From a virus, in the IMG/VR virus record IMGVR_UViG_3300044638_004964, positions 32,001 through 96,000 of that record: 64,000 nucleotides of DNA. One strand, 5' to 3'. Positions 52,601 through 61,000 of this stretch are shown one piece after another. Each line of letters starts with the position of its first letter. The stretch's first letter is position 1. Below the pieces are notes generated by a model. The model was not told the origin of the DNA. It saw only the letters and a list, made by a program, of their open reading frames with translations, and made no database searches. The position numbers were made by a program, and so were the translations under genes.

Positions 52601-55014
52601 TCTGAAAATAGCGATGTTGAATTGAATCTTAGTCCAATGTTTTTGATTTTATTATACGATCCAATATACTGACCACTAATTGGTGCAATGTGTGGAATAC
52701 TATCAGAAACTATAAAACCATTACTATCGTTATTAAATGAGAAATAACCATTTAAAAATGGAGTATTGAGTTGAGGATTATAGAATGAGAAGTCAAACTG
52801 ATAAGGGTCGAATGGGCCAGAAACTACATTTCCCTCTACCCCTCTCCATCTTCTAGAATAGTTAGTCTTTAATGTTGATGGTGTCTTATAACTATGTGGG
52901 ATATCTTCAATTAATGAAACTGGTGCGTATTCTGGACCAGTATTTATAAGATCGTCGTTGCTTTGTCGTGTAGATGGATAAATTTTTACTGTGCGAGAGT
53001 CTAATTCTCTGCTACCTTGACCAACGGTATGAAGCATTAATCCATTGGAGGGCTTATAATGAATAACAAGCTCTATCTTTGATATCGAAGCGCCGCTTGG
53101 TATGGGATAAATATCTAGATACAGATTCTCAAACGAGGAACTCATTGAGTAATCTTTTGACTTTCCTATTGCTATACGATCTTCGTATATTTGAAGCGGT
53201 ATAGTATAATCAACAAACGATGTACTATTAATAACGGGCGATGTGGCTAACTTATAGTGATCGCCACCATCATTATTAGTTAAAGATGATGTGTAGAACT
53301 CGTCTTTGTCAGAAAGGGCTTCTGATGAAATTCCTAATTCATTAGTTGGATTAAACCCAGAAGATGATGGTAGTGTTCCAGTTCCAGAGACATTTTGTAA
53401 AAATCCACCAACCGCTGGAGTTATATTCAATAATTTATCATCGCTATAGCCAACAACGTCAAGAACATAATCTCTACTCCCAGAAGCTTTTCTTGCGCGG
53501 ACTTTTAGCTCTATAGAGTCTATAGTGAAAAAATTATCAGTGGCCGCAACATTGCTAAGTGCCGCAGAATCAAAACTATTATCTTTACCAAAACTAAAAG
53601 CTCCATTTTGATATTCTATTACTCTTGTTGGAGCTTTGTGGCTAAACTTTAGATTCAATTTGCCAGAATCTGTTATTTCGTTTATGTAGTTTAAAGTTAT
53701 ATAGTCGCTACTAGAATCGTTAATAAGAATATTATTTAATACATTTGATCCACTGGCGCTTGTATTATATGTTGAAGAATTACTAGACTTCCAAGTACTA
53801 TTAACTTGCGGATATATATCCGTATCGAAGTCATTTGTAAGTACTTGAACTGGGAATATTGATCGTGAAATTCTTTGACCAATTGGGGCGACTTCTGAAT
53901 AAAAATTAAGATAGCTATCTCTGAGTATTCCAACTCCACCGCTGTTACAAATCTCTATAGAAGAAATTCTTAAATTATTCGTTGGGATGGATGGATAATT
54001 TTCTGGTGAGGATAGGTTTATTCCAGAAGTAGAACAGTCATTTTCGTATCCAAAATTAAAGCCAGTATTGAATGGGTCATCTAAACAAGTTGAATTTACA
54101 TCTATATTAAGAGTGTATCCGCTACCCTCTTCCATGAATGGATAATCTTTATCCCATGTGTGAAGTAATAGATTGTTTACATCTGGCTCTGAAATATAGG
54201 TTGAGTAATTTATATTCTCTACTGCATAATTAGAATCACCCCTAAGAATAATATCTTTATATTTTATGATTAGATTACCAGACGGATCTTCTAGTCTAAT
54301 ATTTGACAGGGTGTATTTTGGGGGAACGTGGGATATATAGTTCTTAGTTGGGGCCGATGCTCTTATAAATAAGAAGCTTTCTTTAGCAACTTGAGTAGGT
54401 GTTGTTACTTCAAATTTATATCTAAAATCACCATCGGTAAATATAGATGATGGTTGAATATATGAGTCGATTTCGTCAGATATTCTGGTGCTATTTTTGA
54501 AATTTTGAGTATAGTTACCAGTAAAAATACCCTCATCGATACTAGAATAAAGATTGCCTGTCCCCAAATTTTTATTAACAAAATAATTACCATCAAGGAC
54601 AGTTACTATATCTTTAATGGGGTATAGTTTTTCTGTGGCTTGAAAATTATCTATACTATTTATTTTGGTTATAGATCCAGCAAATTTATCTGTATAAGAA
54701 TTATACAGTCGGCTTGATGAAGATAATCTTCCAACCAAATTGCCAGAGACTGTTAGTGTGCCGCGAATATCACTATTAGACGATTGCGGTAATTCCTGTA
54801 AACCAAAAGACATATTACTTTTGGCTTGAAAATCACCATCTACCGTTAGAGTTGCTGTTAAACCAATCCTTTTACTAAGATTAGGTTTTAATTTTCCTAT
54901 AGCAGATATTCTAGCAGTGGGGGATAAAGTAGCTAATGTTTTAGCTTTAAAAGAACTTGATGATTTTAATCTACTAGTTCGTTTTATCTGACAAGATATA
55001 CAATCTAATGACAT
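43693..55014 (-). CDS. Giant (3773 aa) adhesin-like tail protein with LamG-like domain and seven FG-GAP blades
   Basis: Blades begin YGKSVA, FGHSLD, FGHAVA, LGYSVA, FGYSID, FGYDVA, YGDSVA, each followed by G(S/A/G)P. LamG-like FSIFARF...IIFAKY...LKLYTD. Confidence 0.75.
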   Translation of the reverse strand: MSLDCISCQIKRTSRLKSSSSFKAKTLATLSPTARISAIGKLKPNLSKRIGLTATLTVDGDFQAKSNMSFGLQELPQSSNSDIRGTLTVSGNLVGRLSSSSRLYNSYTDKFAGSITKINSIDNFQATEKLYPIKDIVTVLDGNYFVNKNLGTGNLYSSIDEGIFTGNYTQNFKNSTRISDEIDSYIQPSSIFTDGDFRYKFEVTTPTQVAKESFLFIRASAPTKNYISHVPPKYTLSNIRLEDPSGNLIIKYKDIILRGDSNYAVENINYSTYISEPDVNNLLLHTWDKDYPFMEEGSGYTLNIDVNSTCLDDPFNTGFNFGYENDCSTSGINLSSPENYPSIPTNNLRISSIEICNSGGVGILRDSYLNFYSEVAPIGQRISRSIFPVQVLTNDFDTDIYPQVNSTWKSSNSSTYNTSASGSNVLNNILINDSSSDYITLNYINEITDSGKLNLKFSHKAPTRVIEYQNGAFSFGKDNSFDSAALSNVAATDNFFTIDSIELKVRARKASGSRDYVLDVVGYSDDKLLNITPAVGGFLQNVSGTGTLPSSSGFNPTNELGISSEALSDKDEFYTSSLTNNDGGDHYKLATSPVINSTSFVDYTIPLQIYEDRIAIGKSKDYSMSSSFENLYLDIYPIPSGASISKIELVIHYKPSNGLMLHTVGQGSRELDSRTVKIYPSTRQSNDDLINTGPEYAPVSLIEDIPHSYKTPSTLKTNYSRRWRGVEGNVVSGPFDPYQFDFSFYNPQLNTPFLNGYFSFNNDSNGFIVSDSIPHIAPISGQYIGSYNKIKNIGLRFNSTSLFSENTPYKTIDWTSIDGYENDSLYGLISDSYDNAVRVSGNTGYIDFGNIDTVSGFSIFARFSPDINMSGVGYNLWNSGIIFAKYDSGQNLEFSLGYENGHLTGYARASNGSIKKVQDNLYYYEYQYPISVILTYNDNLSNKLKLYTDNEKSSTNTFHHLRDQSSSFILTSGNSHLKFGYSDGSGIGSNLFITDIGISTYNDDGTNLIDNNAGQVDLLYKQMQVEHFFETIKHKFWNPSESYDKDEFKLWQYVDDDTSEWNLGAFKICAFSPAYNSFTKRVGADYIIHRLKHDGSAYNLTTDSILPSSVPTSGVCYHTQIENDFLRFNLSDIPDANPNFLSLPPRICKTLPRGYDFAERAMVVDTIIEYETLDNVVWNDGNIGPKLIVSLYTKNQEPVDRPSKVNWGLINRHTHYLAPSGCWEKLSSIFDFNDLIDTSEPWANFDQERNTSEFDTKYYSTDINDMFLQYDLVYPSGSPFDATIKIHSANVRLENALVEANSVTAGPSNNTQFNLVCSGESISLANINLYSYGLDNASGVGGLNLFSSGMPIPTASSVWNNGYGMNLMCSGAVLSSGTLPLYTLNIGTIDSSDGNYSSFDIFGASPSFGPILFVDGRFNQFDEQGINLFTKNSLSSPTTSGNISLFLSNKPISDYSISSLGLYAFSNTAGDSRYPNSRMSLYTELRDVFISAENSLNLYVAAQDYTVTKLEDSLPLFVINYLAYNQDTAQQAGISWNSDNVGKNISVDDNKYSTLSANDEIRGVDLICYGNCGTENSCQESSFTIHDKTWYNDLCVDGGIFRAKNTYTNLSTSGFNSPIGYSGHFYGIRKYTDLIPNAPYKVFITGKTGSNNYISVPPEIEDINYYIQGFGQSGIKLIGDEPYVASGRQVNAQYGKSVAINNDLIAIGSPLSSVSDPVNYVLEDAGTVFLYRRLPAPSGNSWSLNINEHKSPWVLEEQINLPSGYIRDYYTTATRTLVAGFEPITERYWKVGQEGRQFGHSLDLAIYSGNNSLHEPNKEVLVVGGPSSLWSRTFESVNPSSVQIGLMIFTDEFTPIVGQGKSTRTYVDVLNSIKDKDVIFKYFSSPSTAFDVKLIILEPTLDDTESAPSEEFPNPKPTFITKKRIHRRQGSDLQTEKILSGIKEAFNEAFPYNEDLINNNIPPIVGFYVDNSASLGKESLNGDGGGAIDQFISYYQQYSFESGVSDFYGTQSSGAITEFVPTFNDAENWIKMSQDILNHTLDTGRLVLNDQVKYITSGVGSQYFNPNLGEFNYVPTSGGKVYIFEKESGTWSLIQQIDSPADSYGIPDRFGHAVAISNNTEVIAIGSPYINNACEIYEYNNDEKVRLYNDIGPWINLKSSQSGGIGRYAKLRLEYITNVASLGLLEAGKTLYVALNTTERFEARRYLNINEYINIKSFRYSDLSILGTWEFIPQRFLPTPRLGYSVAVNEDGTIVAFGSPTDSLNQWDDGNVWYKNDGYNEPLNIDGLNGPIKSSWQSNTNAGAVRLFESRNYYPHNKVVEFTKFGNLEESISSPENSGHFRYLSQIFQNYNFEKTEFSDLNIPKEAGLAFIITPEIDALSEEILDKLIKWLELGDRNLVLVGNDPLWENNGIYLKSNNIINKILSGLKSRMRLHPARNEYEALVSGCDFNVIPSFRPSQGASTYIQPQTLRGYGVADIRMHLPDYRYTMPCDLKDMWDNPLNHECQMPLIHNGDLRAEWLEQCDRCSGPTIIYPVNWPLVFKTFTPDCCSQSDISAPRYDLTNLEPIPLLVAAESVVNTITYPAIPARYESFPRYRYETRSESTSFTNFDNTNIGSGIEFIWSSSSGNYTYLNTNYGNTNSLGRFFDPELFDDRDSLLQSSATSREGTVIERFVLDDFSTYCAQQNYEASSSKVILIAGVVTESRSQLYNGQGDRNINFYANIAYNTENLKSNIAQLGGWTNRTNFRDGYNDSHLNQLFINLGHTVDVNVQTLYSTHDICWIANPDTLPNNEEINSIKNWLSIGNKKLVITYDGNNLSSVQSKARTASQLCSLLGISITPHFLDEDNIYPVAQTRFQTLAFNESSDLSGNGKTKITSYQLISQIRFVPIKTQDINNRVCYADDSIKATRRKLIGYWQMKSGVAKVSFPVIAGSGYKIFVDTVSETSSETEPLNVFISNANTEAGLPYPTMPRSSPIVDLDINSDQFVTLENAPVGVFRRLSPATIGFVNTYSINVQIPSGMSALTMYFDGNNQRLLNQNKTYAPKSTRLLAVSGASIPVIETVLTQVTKIPILDGFDEIKTREAIPEETITFSAFRPISTDNTKYCSSDRCIENKMNDKLIADGPVVAAQESISSFLAGNNRSRITVLADSSFVQGPCMIDENDLISQNTISFLTSMYPTSPRNSNFGRQFNTMTKIIAPERGSPQKYYALYNSSGINYLFNNGSTSQSLLSNFDDKESKYDPRYVLRTRQPYNNAMDFEEIQKIIKQKIAEFANLQSAYGATAKFSGVIEGVLYEDASFAGGMPELMKKTGYDYLNFDRFSVGYPGDLFGYSIDLYNNKLVVGSPFAAFSDESINPWNHYVSGGLSSGIQLGYNGGAGSVYIFEKTYNGSGLLGAKTPWEFTEKLRPESINIGSGNSGNSIVGDRFGYDVAIDNDTMVIGAPGHDYENHIIVNSGSFGVKFFNKEFDNYYLSFYDLGSKSNRDAFGTSGNISLNNGAIFTFENRIIDWPTRKQKWTLVQKSVAEGYNSRERINSYYGDSVAIDMANRTDSDYSIVVGSPFHQYAISGNHSSTQPLNGAGASYALDVMLREQPASGPSKDSFLNARVFGETLIDGNPTINISFKNNSDNNKSYLASGVIYSNNQGEIFLEASGQDPVTKGFIQHRPYIFAIDGQYMYGTPISQGMILTNFGKAVDIDNNMNMYTNVDDNAFVYNNLGMYTSSITGFASGIPSGLYLFTDCPDPTVISNSGLTLFASGIGTDTDTLNLRIRGK

Positions 55015-55018
55015 AATT

Positions 55019-58000
55019 TTATCCTAATACTGATCCGTTATTTTGTATTCCGTTTTCCGTTGGGTAAGAATTCTTTAGTTTCTCAGAAACTTTGCCCATT
55101 ACTCGGCTCTCTAAATTGTCCGCAAAAGCATTCAACATATTTCCACCCATAACATTAACATCGACTTTAGTATCGGCTATTTGGTGAGATATTGTGGTTG
55201 GTAATGACTTGATACTTTCTGCTACTCCGTTAACATAACCCATCACTCTGGTTAGTGCTTGTGTTAATTTTTCAAAAGATTCCGTAGATCCACTTCCGCT
55301 ACTAGATGATACACCACCTCCAGCATAATATTGAACTTTACCACCTCTAGCAAACCCCATGACGGCAGAACTATTAGTCATGCCACCGCCCGTCCCGTTC
55401 ATTTGTTGTAATATTTGTAGATTATTGCCACGATTAACAGCTTCTCTTCTGACTACAAATTCTCCGGGAGTTAACATTGCGGGAACAGTATCGGTTCCTC
55501 TTGGGATAAACATTCCACGATTAGCGTATATTAAGCCACCATTTGCTTTTCCTAAAGCCGCAACGGCAGCTTGTCCTCTTTCTTGTACTTTATTATAAAT
55601 AACTTGAGCATCCCTGACATTGATTGTGGCCGATTCTAATTGCATATTAGCCATCTCTGCCCCAAGCTGTCCAGTTTCTCCAAGAGCGGTGCCATAATCT
55701 CTCAATCTAGACTTAGAAGCTTCCTCTTCTGCCGTTGTTCCGCTAGCAACTTGTGCTAATCTAGGATCAGTGACTCCTCTAGCACTTAAAGCAGAACCAA
55801 AAGCTTGTTGAGTTAAACCTCCCTGTCCAGCTAATTGAGTGCCGTATAAAGACTGAACACCAGCTTCTTGCTGTCTTCTAATATCTTGTGCTGCTAAACC
55901 TAAAGCTTCTGGACCAAAAGCTCCCATCAAAGATTTATTCCCAGTAGCTATAGCGGCAGTTGCCCCAACAGTAGCTTGTGTTTGCATAAACTTGTCAATA
56001 TCACCAGAAACAAGAGCATCTATAGAATCTTTTTCTAATTTATTTTTTTCACCAATTAATTTGAGATTTTCTTCTTCAAGCTTAACAAGTTCTCTTATAG
56101 TATTAACTTGGTCTTTTTGAGCTTTTTGCAAGTCTTGTTGCATTTCATTCATTCTTGCGCCATTAGCTCCTTCGAATCCGTTCTGCTCTGTTCTTGATCC
56201 TTCAATTGCTGTAAATTTATCTAGAATTTCTTTATTTCGTCCACGAATGTCTGCTAAACTTCCAGTGTTCATATTTGATAGACCTAAGTTATTAACATTG
56301 GCTCTATCTAATACGTTCTTTCTTCTTTCTTCATTTGTGACTACTTTGCCGCCATATTTACTTTGTAGTTCTCGCCCCTCTAATGTTAAGGATAATGCTT
56401 CTTTTTGAGCCTCTAAAGCATTTCTTTCTGCTTCTATTCTTTTCTTTGTTAGGTCAATTAATACCTGTTCGGCTTTTTGTCTATCTTGAGCAATTTTTTC
56501 AATTTCTTCAAACGCTTTTTTTTGTGATTCTGATAACTTATCACCAATAACACTCTTATCTCCACTTAGTAATTTTTCAACGTCTTTTTGATCTAACTCT
56601 AGACCTCTAATAACAGATTTTAGATTATCTTTGATTGCTCCTTCTGGTAATCCATTAGATAACTCTTCAGCAAATCTATTTTTTAATTCATCTGGGCTTA
56701 GAATTTTACCAGTAACTTTCATTTCGTCTCTTATTTCATCAAAAGCGGCACCGTAGTTTTGCTGGGCTTGGATAAAGGCTGCGGTATTGCCTTTAAATTT
56801 AGCAACATCGCCGGGAGAAACTCCAAGGCTAGAAAGATTTTTACCGACATTTTCCATAGACTGTTTGATTTCATCTGGGTCCATAGATGCTGCCGCGCTA
56901 CCCATTGCTTCTTGCAAAAAGGCAACATCATTAACGAACGAAGAGCCACCAACTTCTAAACCAGCAGCAAACTTAGTCATACTCGCTGACTGTGCGCTAC
57001 TTATAGAAGTTGCTGAACGTAAACCCAAACTCATTGCGTCCAAAGCTGCTCTTGCTGTTTCAATTTCTTTTGATAAATTTTTAAAACTATTTTCTAACTC
57101 TTGAGACATTTCATACGCTGCTTCTGACTGTTGTTGCAGCAGGTTAGCGGTGTCATTATCGCCTTTATTTCTAGCTTCTATTGATTGATTAGCTAAAGAT
57201 AAGCCTTTTGCTCTTAAGGATGTTGCTGATTCGCCACCGCTAGCTTGAATTTCTGCATCAATTGTTGCTTGATCTTTATTAAGCAATATTCCCGATCTCA
57301 TAGCCTCATTAGTTAGAGGTCTTCGCATCTCAAACGCTTTTCTTTGAGCATCCATTGAAGATTTGTTTAATCCTTCGTTTTCTTTATCAATTCTAGCATT
57401 TCGTGTAGATGCGCTTTCAACGTATCCTAATGTTGCGAAACTTGCTACATTTCTACCAAAACCTTCAAGACCTCCTTGATTTTTATTTGCATTATTTGTT
57501 TGTATCGCTTTTTGATTAGCTTGTTCTAAATTATTTGCTTCCGTTGTAACATTTCTAATTTTTGACAAGGCATCTGCTGCTGATATAGTTCCTCTATTGA
57601 AATCTTCCATCGCTTTTGCGGCATCTTTTTCGCCTTGTTCAAAAGCTTTTTGAGTTTTGGTTGCTTGAGCTTGAGCTTCTGATAAAGCTACTACACTGTC
57701 TTTAGTATTTCCACCAAATAATTCCGATATAGCTTCTGATAGACCCGGATCTTGTGAAGCAATTAAAGTTCCAAGACCAGCACCTATAGCCGCTCCGATT
57801 GGGCCACCAAGCATAAATCCAAGTACGGCACCACCGCCACCTAAAGCCATTCTGCCAGTATTTCCAGCTTCTAAGCTGTATTGATCAGATGCAGCTTTTC
57901 CAGCAGCCTCAACGTCGCCACTTTCAATAGCTTTTTTCTTTCGAACTTCTGCATCACTGAACGCTGTTACCGCAGCATTAAATAAAGATATTGCAGTTGT

Positions 58001-61000
58001 GGCAACGGCTAAAGGTCCAGCAAGTCTACCAAACTGAAATGCAACTTTACCTATCGGGCCACTCAAAGACCTAAAAATATCGCCAGTTCTTCCTTTAGGT
58101 ATAAATTGTTCTACGTCTACTCCGGGGGAGCTTCTTAAACGTCCGCTTTTGTTACGTCTTAAAGCTAGTCCTCTAAGTATATCTCTGTCGGAACCAGATC
58201 CGGGATCTCTATAATTTAATAATCCCGGAACCCTTTGCCCAATACCAGTAGAACCGCCACGCCTAAAAGCATCTATGCTATCACGAAGATCTGAGCTTCT
58301 AGCTCTTCTATCAAACGGTCTAGTAACTTTGCTTTGAAAATCACCTCCGCTCTTCCCAGATAAAAATTTACCAACACTTTGCTTTGTAAGAGATACTCCA
58401 AATCCTTCTAAGGCGAATACAACTCCGCCAATTGTGGTAATCATACTTAGTACAGAATTACCAAACTTTTGCATAGCTGAACTATTATCATCAATTGGTG
58501 GCAACATAGCTTGTAGTGCGCCAGACGCTACGCTTATACCAAGTCCAAAATTATTAGTAGCTTGTGTGGCTCTTTGAGTTGCTTGAGCTTGTGCGGCAGT
58601 GTTTACAGTTGCTCCGGGTCCACTTGGGGCGGTAACGGGTTGAACACCCGTTCCGGTAGATCCACCAGCAAATTTTTGAACTATTCCACCGTTAGCATAT
58701 TTACCAACCTTATTCATGCGATTAAGATTGCCATAACCAATACGCTGTGCGGACGATCTATTAACAACAAACTCGCCGGGAGTTAATAGTGCGGGAACAG
58801 TATCTGTGCCAACCCCGCCACCGGTTGCGAATCTAGCCACGCGATCTACTCTAGAGCCTTTGTTTCTAATAGCATCTATTGCTGGCTGTTTACTGCCGCC
58901 CTGAGTAAATATCATATTCTGAACTGGAATACCAAACTGCGAACTGAGATATTCAGCCGCGCCCTTAACTCTTTTTGACTTGCTTATAATGCTTACTTTG
59001 CGAGCATCTATTTGTCCATTTTTAATTGCAATTTGTAATTCTCTACCAAACTGTGTAATTGGGGCAGTTTGTAGATCTTGAAGACGCTTTGCCTCATCTC
59101 TAAAATATGTATTTAGCGATGCGTCTTTTGCTCCCGGAGTTGGGGCTTTGGCGTAAGCTGTATCGCCAATTGTTCTTTTGAGTGTTCTGTCAACATCAAC
59201 CGCGCCACCGCCAGCCTTGATTAAAGCTTGTATTGCCGCGCTTGGCCTTGGAAGAATTGAGCCGGATGCTTGTAGTATATCATCAACAAGCGGAGCGTTT
59301 TCTATACCTTTAGCTCTACCACCCATAGCAAATTTTTGAATTATTCCACCAGCAGCTTTTTTAGTAGCTAAATCATTTTTAACAAGATATCTATCAACTT
59401 GAGCTAGAAATTTGCTGTTATTTTTACCGCCACTACCAATAGTTCTAGTTACGTCTGTTGGTATATTGGAAGCTATTCCAAATTTTGATGATACCGCACC
59501 AAGGCCAGAAGGAAAATCTAATGGTGAATTTATGCCGTCTTTTTCAAAGGGCGCACCAACAAGTGCTAATGAAGATTCTAGATAAGCACCAGCAGCATTA
59601 TAAAATCCAGCTTTTTTGATTACATCATTAATAAATCCTTGTTCTAGTTTTGGTCTTGCTCCTACGCTTGTTGCTAATTTTGTGCCAATATTTTTAATGG
59701 TATCGATGAACCCACTTTTCATGACACCTTCATATTGTTTGGATTCTTTTTTATTTAATCTAGCGCCTTGGATAGAGACTTGTGTTTTTGTTTTGGGTGT
59801 AATGCCAAGCGTGGGACCGTAAGCATTTCCAAATAACCCAACTAATCCAAACTTGGGAACATTAGCAAGTTTTTCTTGATTTTCAAATCCTTTTTTTCTT
59901 TTTGCTAATTCATTAGCAACTCTAGATGCGCCAGCCCTTGATAAAGCCGTATTTCCACTGAGCGATGATAATTGATCATCTGATAAAGATGCAAGATTGG
60001 ATCTAGCTGGGGTTCCAGATCGTGGAATAATAGCTTTGCCACCACGATCAAATCTTTGTACTTCTCCACCCCTGTTCATGCCAGCTAAGTTACTAGCACC
60101 TAACTTTTGAACACTACTTTTTCGTATAACAAACTCGCCGGGGCTTAACATAGCTGGAACGGTATCTCTATTACCAACGCCGGGAACCAAACCGCCAGTG
60201 GCAAAATGATGAACTTTTCCACCTTTATTAAAAGTGCGACCAGATTGTAATCCAGCGGCAGTTGCTCCAACGAATGTTCCAATTCCTCTAATTGCCCTAA
60301 AAGCAGCTACTGATGCAAGCAACGGAAGTAATGGCTTAATTGAGTCTGCAACTTTAATTAAAGCACTTGCAAGCGTAAGTGCTGTATTAGCCATGATCTG
60401 AAATGTCGAAGTTTCAGTAACGCTACGAATTAATGCTAGAAATTCTTCTCTTACTTTTGCTATACGAACAGCTAAAGCTGCTTGTGCCGAAGCAGCATCT
60501 TGAGATAATGAATTATTAGCTTTTGTAGCAACATTCAAAGCGGCTTCTGCTGTAGAAAATTGCTGTAATAGTGGAAGAACTTTACCAATTTGTCGGAATC
60601 CACCAAGCTCTTCTGCGACTTTGATAAATGTAATATCTCTTTCGCCAAGACCAGCTAAACCTTCACTGAGTCTTTTAACAGCTTCGAATGGTCCAACGAA
60701 TTTACCTTCTAGGTCTACTAGATTAACACCGAACTGTTTTAAAAATTCAATAGTTTCTGGTCGTTGAATACGTGTGAAAATTGTTCTTAAGCCCGTACCA
60801 ATACTTTCAGCACTTTCGCGGGTTGTTGCTCTGACTGATGTAAATAGGGCGAGTAGTTCATTAAGATCACCGCCAGAAGATTTAAACACACCGCCCGTTC
60901 TACGAATAACGTCGATCAAGTCGCTAGCTTCAACGGCGAATGCGCCAGCAACAGCATTAATTGATCCTAACTGGCTCTCTAAAGCTCCAACGCCCTGTCG

